A stretch of DNA of 64,000 nt. Origin: Candidatus Berkelbacteria bacterium. Its GTDB lineage: Bacteria > Patescibacteriota > UBA1384 > DTJR01. Positions 47,999 to 57,811 of the stretch are shown piece after piece (the stretch's first letter is position 1; the number at the start of each line of letters is the position of its first letter). The stretch spans positions 24,555 to 88,554 of the forward strand of contig JAOUGE010000002.1 of NCBI GenBank assembly GCA_029865605.1, given 5' to 3'. Position numbers and translations under genes: made by a program. A model generated the notes under the pieces. It did not search any database. It saw only the letters and a program-made list of their open reading frames with translations, and was not told the DNA's origin.

Positions 47999-49725
47999 AT
48001 AACTGCTTTCTGATAACAGCTCTCGCAATATACTTTCTCTGGTCGGTCGGGGGCGTAGGTGGTTTCAAATTCATTTGGGCAACGACTAGAATGTCCATGC
48101 TCTGTTTCTTCACACATGCACTGGCGGTGATATAAATTCATTTTATTGAACATATCCAGTCGCTCTTTGTATCTTACATCAGGATGTTTTCTCGGTATTT
48201 GGAGTTTATTTTCGATATATTGAGCTAATTCTCGCGGGATTATCTTAAATGGTTTCCCAGAAACTTCGCACTTGATTATACCTTTAATGCATTTTTCTAT
48301 TTCATCATTCGCATCGGGGTTGTATTCTATATCATATTCTTTTATATCCTTCGGCTTATAATAAGGCCCAGCATTTTTTGTGGAGTAATCCTTGTCTTGC
48401 CATTTTAGGTCAAGTCTTTTTGCCTTATCTTTTTTAATTGGAAAGTGCTCGAAAGCGTTTGATTCATTGTAGCAAAATGGTGAGATAGCGGTCGGAAAAA
48501 ATTCTCCCCATTCACCCTGTTTTGACATTTGTTCGATAATTCGGGCAACCTTTATCTTGTATTCCTCCTCGGAATATTGCTTGTTCAAAATACAATATTT
48601 TTTGCGATTTAAACTTACACATCCAAACAAATCATTGCTGTTAGTACAGTTATAACAATAATATGAATTTCTGACTGAATCACAAGAAGTCATAAATGCT
48701 GAATTATATAATTTTGTAGAAGATGCGCCCTCATAAATAAGTTCGCCTCGGCCAATTGAGAGGGCATCCATAATCTCTTTCATACTATCAATCATATAAA
48801 CATAACGAGCGTTCTCGGTTTTGTAACAATAATAACTGTCCTTAACATCCTTGGAATTAAGCATTATATCTCCCGTACAATCACCTTGGCAAGAAATCAC
48901 AGTAACATACTTAAAGGGATATCTGAGTTTATTTTTTTTAGACATTGCTTGAGCTCGCATTACCCCCTCATAGCTATCGGTATATTCTTTAACCCTTTTA
49001 AGATACTCTTCTTTTTTTAGTTCTTCGTTAAAAAAATAGTATTTTTTATAACGCAGGTTTGTTGAGCTAAAACAAGAGTTGCATCCAACGCAGTCATTGC
49101 AGAATAAACAATCATTGCACATATGGCAATTGAACAAATATTGACTATCAAAGCATCCTACAGAGAAGACACTATTATGAACTTTATCTGAATAGCCGAC
49201 ACCAAAACAATCTGTCATGTCATTTCCGTGGATACAGCTATTACAATGGAAACAATTTCTGTTGTCGTTTCCTCCAGTACATAAATAACAATTGCTGCTG
49301 TTCATTTCCTGATTTACAAATTCACTATTTTCACAGTTTGTTGCAAAAAGGGTCAGAAGGTAGGTGCTATGCAATAGGTCATCGAATTGCTCAAAAAAAG
49401 ATCTGTTAATATCATAATTCCGCTCGCTTTCATGCTGGTTCCACTTATCTGACCAAAAACAATCCTTGCATAAAGCCTTTGGTTTTTTGTCGGGAGAATA
49501 CACGGAAATTATCTCTCTTTTGCAGATTGAGCACTCATTTTTATAAAACTTTCTTTCGTTTCGCCAATTCATTCTTCTTATCAATCGACACTCAGGACAC
49601 AGTGTCGGCGGCGGAATTTCAAAAGTCTTGCCGGCAAATGTCGGGGAGATTTTTTTGTAAAAGGCTAGGTCGTCATCTTCAACGACGAACTTTTGGTGGC
49701 ATTGTTTGCAGGTTTTATCAATCAT
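47995..49725 (-). CDS. cysteine-rich protein, paralogue 2 of 3
   Basis: 576 aa with the same architecture. Ends ...FETTYAPDRPEKVYCESCYQKAVI. Its ATG overlaps the upstream stop (ATGA). Confidence 0.7.
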   Translation of the reverse strand: MIDKTCKQCHQKFVVEDDDLAFYKKISPTFAGKTFEIPPPTLCPECRLIRRMNWRNERKFYKNECSICKREIISVYSPDKKPKALCKDCFWSDKWNQHESERNYDINRSFFEQFDDLLHSTYLLTLFATNCENSEFVNQEMNSSNCYLCTGGNDNRNCFHCNSCIHGNDMTDCFGVGYSDKVHNSVFSVGCFDSQYLFNCHMCNDCLFCNDCVGCNSCFSSTNLRYKKYYFFNEELKKEEYLKRVKEYTDSYEGVMRAQAMSKKNKLRYPFKYVTVISCQGDCTGDIMLNSKDVKDSYYCYKTENARYVYMIDSMKEIMDALSIGRGELIYEGASSTKLYNSAFMTSCDSVRNSYYCYNCTNSNDLFGCVSLNRKKYCILNKQYSEEEYKIKVARIIEQMSKQGEWGEFFPTAISPFCYNESNAFEHFPIKKDKAKRLDLKWQDKDYSTKNAGPYYKPKDIKEYDIEYNPDANDEIEKCIKGIIKCEVSGKPFKIIPRELAQYIENKLQIPRKHPDVRYKERLDMFNKMNLYHRQCMCEETEHGHSSRCPNEFETTYAPDRPEKVYCESCYQKAVI

Positions 49726-51449
49726 TTCTCTTCATCCCAATAGCACTTTTCACAATACACTTTTTCTGGTTTTTCAGGAGGATATGAAGTTTCGAATTCC
49801 GTCTTACATCTGCCTTCGTGGTCATGGTCTGTTTCTTCGCAATCGCACTGACGATGGAATAATTTTATATGGTTTATTAAATTGAATCTCTCGGTGAACC
49901 GAGTTTCAAAGTGTTTCTGCGGAATAGGTATCTTATTTCTAATATAAAAATGCAGCTCTTGAGGTGTAATTTTATACGGTCTGCCGCTAACTTTGCACTT
50001 TAAAACTCCGTCTAATAGCTCCTGTCGCAATTTCTCGCTTTTTGCATATTCAACAATTGCTTTCGGCTCGTAGGGCGTGCCGTCAAATTTCAGGGAGAAG
50101 TCGTCATCTTGCCACCCAAATCCAAGTTTCTGTGCCTCTTCCTTACTCAAGGGATAATAATCGTTAGCGATCGTCTCGTTATACCCAAAAGCGCTAACAT
50201 TATTTGAAAACCACTCTCCCCACTCCTCATCTTTCTGCATCCGCCCAATTATTTTCGCAACCGTTGCCTTGTATTCTTCTTCGGAGTATTGCTTGTTTAA
50301 AATGCAGTGTTTTTTATGGTTTTTGACTCCGACGCAACCAAAGAGACTGTCGCAGTAGTAGCAGTGATCACAGTAGAACGAGTTGGATAATTGATAGGCA
50401 AAAGAGATAAACGAACTTCTGGTTGTTCCAAGGCCGATGTTTGTTCCTTGATACAGCAGTTCGCCGGTATTGCCGAAACCGGATACATCATAGGAGTCCT
50501 TGGTCGAAAACATCCCGTAGCAGAATTTGCAGTCCTCGCAATTCGTCATCATAAAACATCTCTGGCAGTTTTTAGAATCGAAAATATCCTCTCCTGAACA
50601 ATTTTCGCTCCGCAGCATTTGGGAGAATTTCTTGGGGCGAGAAATTATTATTTCTCTGAATTCTTTTCTATATTCATCTATCTTTGTCTCAAGTCCGGCT
50701 AAAAATTCTTTTTTTACTTTTTCGTATTCGTCTTTTTCAAGTTGTTGATTTTTATAGCAATATCTTTTTCTGTACAGGCAGCTGCATAGGATGCAGTCAG
50801 CACAACTGTTGCAATCTTCTATAAAATACGAATCTCGACAATTTCCGCAGTTTATCGACCAATTGATGTTATAGCATTTGCCAAGGTTTATTCCTTCGTA
50901 ACAAAGTTCGCTAAATGCGCCGAAGGTGAGATCAACGCACGATTTACAATTATCAACGTAGTAGCCGTAATAGACGCTCTCGTTATTTCCGGCTAAAAAA
51001 AGCAGATAGCAGTCTCTGTTTCCGTCGGCCAAGTTGGTATATTCGGAGTTTTCCGATTTTACATTCATAAGGGCCGCCTTTGGAACAGCGGTCTTTAACT
51101 CAGCGAATTGTTGGAAAAACGGCTTTAAGGGATCGAAGTCGCGCCCGTATTTTAGCGGCTCCCATTTGTCTGACCACCAGCATTGCTGGCAATAAACAGT
51201 TACTTTTTTATCTGGCGAATAGACTGTGATTATGTCTTTCTGGCACAAATCACACTTTCTTTTATAGAGTTTCACCACGTTTCTAAAAGCAAAACGGATC
51301 TGCTGCCGGCAATCTGGGCACAACGTCGGCGCTGGCATCTCGTAGGTCTTACCCGCGAAAGTAGGGGATATTTTTTTGTAAAATATTAAATCGTCGGCGG
51401 TGACGGCGAATTTGGTTTTACATTGTCGGCATTGTTTTTCTAGGGCCAT
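49722..51449 (-). CDS. cysteine-rich protein, paralogue 3 of 3
   Basis: 575 aa. Ends ...FETSYPPEKPEKVYCEKCYWDEEK. Starts 9 nt after the L,D-transpeptidase stop. Confidence 0.7.
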   Translation of the reverse strand: MALEKQCRQCKTKFAVTADDLIFYKKISPTFAGKTYEMPAPTLCPDCRQQIRFAFRNVVKLYKRKCDLCQKDIITVYSPDKKVTVYCQQCWWSDKWEPLKYGRDFDPLKPFFQQFAELKTAVPKAALMNVKSENSEYTNLADGNRDCYLLFLAGNNESVYYGYYVDNCKSCVDLTFGAFSELCYEGINLGKCYNINWSINCGNCRDSYFIEDCNSCADCILCSCLYRKRYCYKNQQLEKDEYEKVKKEFLAGLETKIDEYRKEFREIIISRPKKFSQMLRSENCSGEDIFDSKNCQRCFMMTNCEDCKFCYGMFSTKDSYDVSGFGNTGELLYQGTNIGLGTTRSSFISFAYQLSNSFYCDHCYYCDSLFGCVGVKNHKKHCILNKQYSEEEYKATVAKIIGRMQKDEEWGEWFSNNVSAFGYNETIANDYYPLSKEEAQKLGFGWQDDDFSLKFDGTPYEPKAIVEYAKSEKLRQELLDGVLKCKVSGRPYKITPQELHFYIRNKIPIPQKHFETRFTERFNLINHIKLFHRQCDCEETDHDHEGRCKTEFETSYPPEKPEKVYCEKCYWDEEK

Positions 51450-51458
51450 GATTGATAA

Positions 51459-52913
51459 TTACCTGTGAATATAAACCGGTGTTCCGATATCTGCCCAATT
51501 ATACACTGTTTCAGCGCTGCCACGTCCTAGTCGCACGCAGCCATGAGAAACTGGAGTGCCCAGGTGGCTTTCGCCTTCCTTGGCCCCGCTTGGCCATTCA
51601 GGTAGTTCATGAATTCCATAATCACTGCCGATAAAAGACATCCAATAGGGCATATACAGGCCATATTTCTGTGAATATGCCCGGGGATCTTTGTTATTGA
51701 TAGCATACTCTCCGATCGGGGTCGGCATAGACCATTTCCCGGTTGAAACCTTATGACTGCCGACCATGTTCGATCCCTCAAACTGATAAAGCATCTGTTC
51801 AGAGAGATTTATCTCGATGTATCTTCCCGGATATTTGCCGGGGGTGAACCCTGGTGCAACGTATTCCGTTTCTATTTCCGAAGTGGTTACCTCAAGGGTT
51901 GCTTTCGTTTCCTTATTATTAAGAGCGTTGACTAGAATCTCTTTGCTTTTTTTCTCATCAACTTTTAACCCCTCACGACCTTCGGATACGAGAGAGCCAT
52001 CATAGGTTGAAATCTGTTTTGGTCGTGCTCGCTGGTTGATTTTTTTTGAGAGTTCTTTCAAATAATCTTCAATTGACTGATCACCAAAAGTAAGTTTTTG
52101 GTTTAAGACCGTCCTTTCAACGTCAATAAGTTCAAGTATATTCTCTCTCTCAAGATAAGTCCTCCTGTAGGAGTAGGATAATAAAATTCTCGATCGTGAA
52201 ACTTCTTTTATTGCATCTAGAAATGGCACTAGGTCAGAAGTGACGATATTACTTTTTGTTGGATATTTTTCCCCGTAAAGTTTTCCGCTGCATCCGAGCA
52301 GAAAGCACCCTTCAATTCCGTTTTTTAGTCGAGTGTAATTTATGGCATAGCCGGCCTTTTCATCTTCTATTTTTACCTCGTCGTTTTCGAGCTTTAATTT
52401 TGGGTTCTCCGGATCGGCTTTTTTGCTAGGAAATAGTTCGAGAAATGTTTTCTCGGGCGCTTTTATCCAGAGCTTAACTGGTAAGGCATAAATTTCTTTG
52501 TCGGTCGTCTGGCGCAGGTAGGCGGGGGAGGGAAATATTCCGGCCAGCTTACCGAAGTTTAAGATCTTACCTGGGCTTTGGACGTAATCAATCGTGACGC
52601 CGAGTTCAATGTATGATTTCGAGATTTTTTCGCCTTCGAACTCGATTTCAATCTTCTGGTTGTTTTTTTCAATAAAAATTTCTTGGAGCTTTGAGATTAT
52701 TTGCCCCTTATTAAGCCCTCCTAAGTCCTCTCCGTCTACCTTTATAAATGGTAGGGATTTATCTTTATAGGCGTAGGCGAAGCCTCCATAGAATAGGATG
52801 AGAACTCCTAGTAAACACAAAAAAGCCGCCAAAAAATACTTGCCAAATCTAAACCTTTTGGCAGTATTCTTGATCGTTTCTACAATCTTCGCCTTTTTTA
52901 TTTCTTCTGCCAT
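51459..52913 (-). CDS. L,D-transpeptidase (YkuD domain) with an N-terminal membrane anchor
   Basis: C-terminal ...HLGTPVSHGCVRLGRGSAETVYNWADIGTPVYI (His/Cys catalytic motif). TM at residues about 25-47. Confidence 0.8.
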   Translation of the reverse strand: MAEEIKKAKIVETIKNTAKRFRFGKYFLAAFLCLLGVLILFYGGFAYAYKDKSLPFIKVDGEDLGGLNKGQIISKLQEIFIEKNNQKIEIEFEGEKISKSYIELGVTIDYVQSPGKILNFGKLAGIFPSPAYLRQTTDKEIYALPVKLWIKAPEKTFLELFPSKKADPENPKLKLENDEVKIEDEKAGYAINYTRLKNGIEGCFLLGCSGKLYGEKYPTKSNIVTSDLVPFLDAIKEVSRSRILLSYSYRRTYLERENILELIDVERTVLNQKLTFGDQSIEDYLKELSKKINQRARPKQISTYDGSLVSEGREGLKVDEKKSKEILVNALNNKETKATLEVTTSEIETEYVAPGFTPGKYPGRYIEINLSEQMLYQFEGSNMVGSHKVSTGKWSMPTPIGEYAINNKDPRAYSQKYGLYMPYWMSFIGSDYGIHELPEWPSGAKEGESHLGTPVSHGCVRLGRGSAETVYNWADIGTPVYIHR

Positions 52914-52995
52914 TTTATCTTATGCATTTTTATTTTCGCTGAAATTATCTTGCATTTCAAGAGGTAAATGAGGTAAGATGTATAAGGTTTACTAC

Positions 52996-53070
52996 CGGCC
53001 CGTAGCTCAGCGGTAGAGCGGCGCTCTTATAAGGCGTATGTCACAGGTTCGAATCCTGTCGGGCCGACCA
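52996..53070 (+). tRNA. tRNA with anticodon UAU (Ile, AUA-decoding) by manual folding; CCA encoded
   Basis: Acceptor CGGCCCG/CGGGCCG, D-arm GCTCAGCGGTAGAGC, anticodon stem GCGCT/GGCGT with loop CTTATAA, T-arm ACAGGTTCGAATCCTGT, ACCA end, and a downstream terminator hairpin ATGGCGTAAGCCAT plus a T-run. Confidence 0.6.
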
Positions 53071-53279
53071 GAATGGCGTAAGCCATTTTTTTGGTTGGCA
53101 CAGGATTCGAAAGCCGGAGCGCGACCGGCGGATTATTTTTATATATAGATTGTTATATAGAATTTAAGGTTAGAGGAGGGGGCTTCACCCCGCCAGAATT
53201 TCTTCCGGTAAAAGGGACTTCGTCCTCTACTTACAGGAGCGAAATCTGCAAGGGTCTGCGGCCTGACAAAAGTTAGGCC

Positions 53280-53308
53280 TTGACAAAATATATATAAGAT
53301 GTTATATT
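53280..53308 (+). promoter_or_regulatory. sigma70-like promoter TTGACA-17-TATATT
   Basis: Consensus -35 at 53280-85 with 17-nt spacing to the -10 at 53303-08, about 40 nt upstream of the CAP-domain gene. Confidence 0.5.
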
Positions 53309-53345
53309 AGATATGTAATGGCACGAGCGTGAACTTAGAGGGGAA

Positions 53346-53882
53346 ATGAAAAACAAATATCTAATCATAACAGTTCTAACCTCAATTAACCTGACATTAA
53401 TCGGATTATTTACTGTAGGTTTTCAAAAAGAAAAAGTTACTGCTGCAACCTTATCTGAAGCCGCATATCAAGATCTAGCTTTAGTCAATGATTTAAGGTC
53501 TAAATCTGATCACAGTTCTCTTGTTTGGAACGAGAAACTTGCCCAGGCGGCTAGGTTAAAGGCAAACGATATTATTGATAACGACTATTTTGAACATTCC
53601 TCCCCCAAAGGAAAAACCGCTTGGAGTTTTATTGAAGATACTTCTTATTCTTATCGCTTTGCCGGGGAGAATCTAGCGATTGACTTTAGCAATGTTTATG
53701 ATGCCCAGGAGGCCTGGGAGAAAAGCCCGACTCACCTTAAAAATATCCTTTCGGACAATTTTACCGATTTTGGCTTTGCCGAGGTTGAAGGTGAAGTTGA
53801 CGGACAGTTTTCTAGGGTTTATGTTCAGCTTTTTGGTAAACCGCTATCAGTATACGAGCGTGAATTAACTACTAACAGGTAA
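53346..53882 (+). CDS. secreted CAP/SCP (PR-1-like, YkwD-type) domain protein
   Basis: Signal anchor, FEHSSP, AGENLA and THLKNIL...FTDFGFA motifs. Confidence 0.7.
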   Translation: MKNKYLIITVLTSINLTLIGLFTVGFQKEKVTAATLSEAAYQDLALVNDLRSKSDHSSLVWNEKLAQAARLKANDIIDNDYFEHSSPKGKTAWSFIEDTSYSYRFAGENLAIDFSNVYDAQEAWEKSPTHLKNILSDNFTDFGFAEVEGEVDGQFSRVYVQLFGKPLSVYERELTTNR

Positions 53883-53913
53883 GGAGGTTGTAATGTAATA
53901 TATATAGGAGGGA

Positions 53914-53946
53914 GCCGCCCCGAGCATATCGGGGCGGCTTTTTGTT
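53914..53946 (+). terminator. intrinsic terminator
   Basis: GCCGCCCCG-agcatat-CGGGGCGGC followed by TTTTTG. Confidence 0.7.
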
Positions 53947-54099
53947 CGGCATCTGTCTGGCCTTGACATCAAATTTTCCTTTGTTACTCTTGCCCTGCAA
54001 GCTATGGCAAACGCTATGGCCTCGCCCAAATCAGATTGAATGCGAGGCCATTTGTTATATAAGAAGGTATATAAGTTATTTGATGGAGGAAGACTAACA

Positions 54100-55803
54100 A
54101 TGAAGAAGGCATTGAGCGTATTTTTGGCAATATTGGTTGGGGGGACAATTACGGTTTTTGGTAATCCCTTGATTTCAAAAGCTGAAGCCATCTTTGAATT
54201 GTCTTTTCAACCTCGAGGCGGAAATGTCACAGATGGGTATCTTAACTCAACAAACTTATCTTTTCGGGCTCTTGCTTATCTTCCTGATTACACAATCGTT
54301 AAGGAAACTGAACTGTTAATTGATGACGATCCATTTCCTTTGCCGATTTTTGGCTCTTCAACAGAGGAGCCGGGTTACATTGAATTTTTGTCGGGCACGA
54401 TGTCATTTTCTGGTCTGCAAGCACAAGTATCTGGGGGAGAACACGTTTTATCTGTAAAAAAGACATTTCTACCAGGCGAAACGGGTTCTCCGGTGGAGGG
54501 TAGTCTTAAAGTCATTGCTGATTATACTTTGCCAGTCGGGACGATCGCTCCTTCTCCGCTCGGTGGAGTGTTAAAGATTGGGGATACAGCTGAATTTACT
54601 CTTGACGTTTCTCCTGACTCAACCAATGATATTGATTCTGTTTTTGGCTCATATAACGGACGTGAATTAAGCTGGGTAGTAAGCGCCCCGGGCAGTTTTA
54701 TTGGACAATATATTGTTGCCCCTGGCGATCCTGATCAGATCGTTCCCATTCAGATCGAAAATGTGATTATTAGCGATTTGGCGGGAAATACGAGTGATCC
54801 CGTTTCTTCGGCTGATGTAGATTTTACTATCGATGCAAACGCACCGATGGTAGCTATAGCTTCCCCGGTCGAAGGGAAAAACTATAACCAGAATCAAGTT
54901 TTGCTCGACTATTTGGTTGATGATCCGACGGCGGTGGTAGATTTGACTCTTGACGGAGCCCCGCTTGCTTTGGCGAATGGTTCGCCGATTACTGGTCTGG
55001 GCGATGGCGAGCACACACTCATCGTAGAGGCGACTGATTTAGCCGGCAATACAACGGTAGTGGCTTCAGTATTTATAGTTGATACAATTGCGCCATATCT
55101 TTCTCTTACGACAGGCCCTGATGGGGGTAAGATAGAGCAAGGGAGTAAGATAATTTTTGAAGGAACGAGCGAGCCTGGAGCTGGAGTAAAGCTGGAGATT
55201 TTTTCTGAACCTTTGGTTTGGACAACCGTAGCTGACCAGGCGGGCAACTGGCGATTTGAAATTAGCTCGGACGAGTTGGGAATCGGCTCTCACGATGCTT
55301 TTATCACCGTATATGATTTGGCAGGCAATGCCTTAAGGGTTAGGGTAGCTACCTTTGAGGTAACTGCTAAGCCGGTCATCGCGCAGGAGCCGATTAAGGT
55401 AGCGAGGGCGGAGGAGGTGGTAGTAGATGTAGCCGCTGCTCAATGTGCTGGTGAAACCTGTAAACTACCGCCGCAAGAGGTGGCGAAAGAGGGGCAGATT
55501 TTATCGAGCGAAGATGCCAAGGCAACAGGGATTAACTGGAGTGCTTGGATAATCCTTTTAGCAATAATTGTTCTAGCGAGTGCTTTGGCGACTGCCGGCT
55601 ATTATGGCTATGGCTGGGCTCTTCAGGCTGCAAATCAAACGAGAACCGCAAAGATTGGCGATTTGGAATCCAAACTGGGCCAGAAGGGAGGATTGGACGC
55701 CCTGATTCAAGCCCAGAGGAAGAAATCCACTCCACCAGATAAAGTAGATAAAGAACCTCTGGACGAGGAAGAGCCTCCTTCTCGGCCGCCGACTCGCTGG
55801 TAG
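54100..55803 (+). CDS. type-I membrane surface protein with bacterial Ig-like domains (DLAGN motifs)
   Basis: Signal peptide MKKALSVFLAILVGGTITVFG. Repeated ...DLAGNT... beta domains. C-terminal TM (WIILLAIIVLASALATAGYY) and a charged cytoplasmic tail. Confidence 0.6.
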   Translation: MKKALSVFLAILVGGTITVFGNPLISKAEAIFELSFQPRGGNVTDGYLNSTNLSFRALAYLPDYTIVKETELLIDDDPFPLPIFGSSTEEPGYIEFLSGTMSFSGLQAQVSGGEHVLSVKKTFLPGETGSPVEGSLKVIADYTLPVGTIAPSPLGGVLKIGDTAEFTLDVSPDSTNDIDSVFGSYNGRELSWVVSAPGSFIGQYIVAPGDPDQIVPIQIENVIISDLAGNTSDPVSSADVDFTIDANAPMVAIASPVEGKNYNQNQVLLDYLVDDPTAVVDLTLDGAPLALANGSPITGLGDGEHTLIVEATDLAGNTTVVASVFIVDTIAPYLSLTTGPDGGKIEQGSKIIFEGTSEPGAGVKLEIFSEPLVWTTVADQAGNWRFEISSDELGIGSHDAFITVYDLAGNALRVRVATFEVTAKPVIAQEPIKVARAEEVVVDVAAAQCAGETCKLPPQEVAKEGQILSSEDAKATGINWSAWIILLAIIVLASALATAGYYGYGWALQAANQTRTAKIGDLESKLGQKGGLDALIQAQRKKSTPPDKVDKEPLDEEEPPSRPPTRW

Positions 55804-55834
55804 ATCCGTCATACCATAGGGGGAAAACGTTCTC

Positions 55835-56275
55835 TTGTGCTATAATTGCCTCGTGGCAGACAATCTAGAAAATTTAATCGGCCGCGATTCTTTCTGGGGG
55901 AAATTGAAGAATTTCATTTTTCCTATTTTAATCTTGGCGGCAATCGGCTATGTGGTATTCGTTTTGTACCAAGCGATTTATTATAATTTTAAAGTTAACC
56001 AGAAGATTAGGGAACTCAAAACGGAAATAAATGTTCTGGATCAGGAAAGAGGGAAGCTTGAGGCCTTGATTGCTTATTACAAGACAGGGACCTTTCAGGA
56101 GCTTGAAGCGAGGAAAAAACTGGGGCTTAAGTTGCCAGGCGAGAAGGTGGTTAAAGTTGAAGTTCTGGAGGAGGCGACTGCCAGCCCAACCAGCAAGCCC
56201 GAGGCGGTATCTCCTCAAAGTAATAAGCCCAACTGGCAGCTCTGGCTTGATTATTTGCGGGGAGAGGAGATTTAG
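55835..56275 (+). CDS. FtsB/DivIC-like septum-formation initiator
   Basis: Single TM, a coiled coil (ELKTEINVLDQERGKLEALIAYY) and ELEARKKLGLKLPGEKVV. The start codon is uncertain. Confidence 0.5.
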   Translation: MCYNCLVADNLENLIGRDSFWGKLKNFIFPILILAAIGYVVFVLYQAIYYNFKVNQKIRELKTEINVLDQERGKLEALIAYYKTGTFQELEARKKLGLKLPGEKVVKVEVLEEATASPTSKPEAVSPQSNKPNWQLWLDYLRGEEI

Positions 56276-56491
56276 GATCTACTTGACAATTTCTTCTTTA
56301 CCCTCTACAGTCATCTTGTAAAAAAGGGGGATAAGGAGAGAATAAATGTCAGTTTTGATGCGCGCCAAATTTCCGACTGTGAAGGCATTCAGGCGCGTTT
56401 TTTATTTGACAAAATAAAATACAAAGCGAGGTCGACGTTTTGAGAGTTGAGTAATTCCCGCTCCACCATGGAGGGCGGGAAAGGAGAAAAT

Positions 56492-57106
56492 ATGTTAAGA
56501 ATCGCAAAAAGCTTAATCACGATTCTGGCTGTTGCGGCCATTGCTGTCGGTGCTACCGGAGCGTACTTCAGCGACACCGAAACGTCAATCGGTAACACCT
56601 TTTCTGCTGGATCGCTTGACTTGAATATTGACGGGGGAAATACCAACGTTGTAAAATTCAATGTCACAAATATGAGGCCAGGTAATCAACCAAAAGGCTC
56701 GTATACTCTTGCAAATGTCGGAACGATCAATGGCTATCTGGATCTTGAGAGTATTGCGGTTACAGATACAGAAAACGGCTGTGTCGATCCTGAAACTGTA
56801 GCTGGAGATATAACCTGCGATAATCCGGGAGTCGGTCAGGGTGAACTTGGCGATGTGGTCAACCTTCGTCTTTTCGTTGATAGAAACGGAGATGGTTGGA
56901 TTTCAGTTGGTGACACTGTATTCTATAACGACAAAGTGGCAAACTTACCGGCAAGCTTCGATTTGAACGAGCCAATTAATGCTGGCTCCTCGACTAAAAT
57001 CGTTGCTCTTCTGGACTGGTGGTCAACACCTAACGATGACTTGGCCCAAGGTGATTCGATGCAACTCGATATAACCTTTGAGCTAGCCCAGACTACAGGA
57101 CAATAA
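56492..57106 (+). CDS. TasA/camelysin-like secreted protein with a SipW-cognate signal peptide
   Basis: MLRIAKSLITILAVAAIAVGATGAYFSDTETSIGNTFSAGSLDL, the hallmark ...GATGAYFSDTE... signal. ATG at 56492 after an AAAGGAGAAAAT Shine-Dalgarno. Confidence 0.7.
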   Translation: MLRIAKSLITILAVAAIAVGATGAYFSDTETSIGNTFSAGSLDLNIDGGNTNVVKFNVTNMRPGNQPKGSYTLANVGTINGYLDLESIAVTDTENGCVDPETVAGDITCDNPGVGQGELGDVVNLRLFVDRNGDGWISVGDTVFYNDKVANLPASFDLNEPINAGSSTKIVALLDWWSTPNDDLAQGDSMQLDITFELAQTTGQ

Positions 57107-57165
57107 GTTCTTGAGCTTCTCGAGCCCCGACAAATACTGTTTGTCGGGGCGAAGAGGAGTTTACA

Positions 57166-57774
57166 GTGGCCGCTAAAAAATCTGACAAAAGTGGTAGAAA
57201 ATTGAACGCTAAAGCTATTTGGCTAGTTTTGGCTAATGCCATCTTTGTTTTTCTGATATTGGTGGGACTTATAATTGCTGCATCACTTCTGCCTATAAAA
57301 AATAATTTTAAAATTTATGCTGTGATGTCCGGATCGATGGAATCGACTATCTCAACTGGGAGCGCAGTGATAGTCAAGCCACAGTTGATGTACCAAAAGG
57401 GTGACGTTATTACATTCCTTCCGATAAACGCAAAATCGAAGAAGGAGTCCATTACCCATCGAATTGAATCGGTGATCGATGAGAACGGGTTGATATATTT
57501 CCGGACAAAAGGTGATGCAAACGAGAATGTAGACGAGCAGCCTATACCGAGCGATAGGGTTATCGGCAAGGTGCTGTTTTCTATCGCAATAATCGGCTAT
57601 GTTGTCGGTTACATCAAAACCTTACCTGGCTTGGTCCTAATTATCATTATTCCAGCAACGATAATTATTTATGAAGAAGTAAAAAAACTGAAGTCGGAGG
57701 CCAAAAAGATCATAGAGAAGCGGAAGGCAAAAGGTGAGGGTAAAAAGAGTCTTAGAAAAATCAAAACAAAATAA
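57166..57774 (+). CDS. sipW: signal peptidase I, SipW type (S26B)
   Basis: VMSGSMESTI (SGSMEP box), and the TM anchor, His and Asp boxes. GTG start after an AGAGGAG Shine-Dalgarno. Confidence 0.75.
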   Translation: MAAKKSDKSGRKLNAKAIWLVLANAIFVFLILVGLIIAASLLPIKNNFKIYAVMSGSMESTISTGSAVIVKPQLMYQKGDVITFLPINAKSKKESITHRIESVIDENGLIYFRTKGDANENVDEQPIPSDRVIGKVLFSIAIIGYVVGYIKTLPGLVLIIIIPATIIIYEEVKKLKSEAKKIIEKRKAKGEGKKSLRKIKTK

Positions 57775-57811
57775 TGTTATATAGAAATTTATATAAGTGT
57801 AAGGAGTAGGA

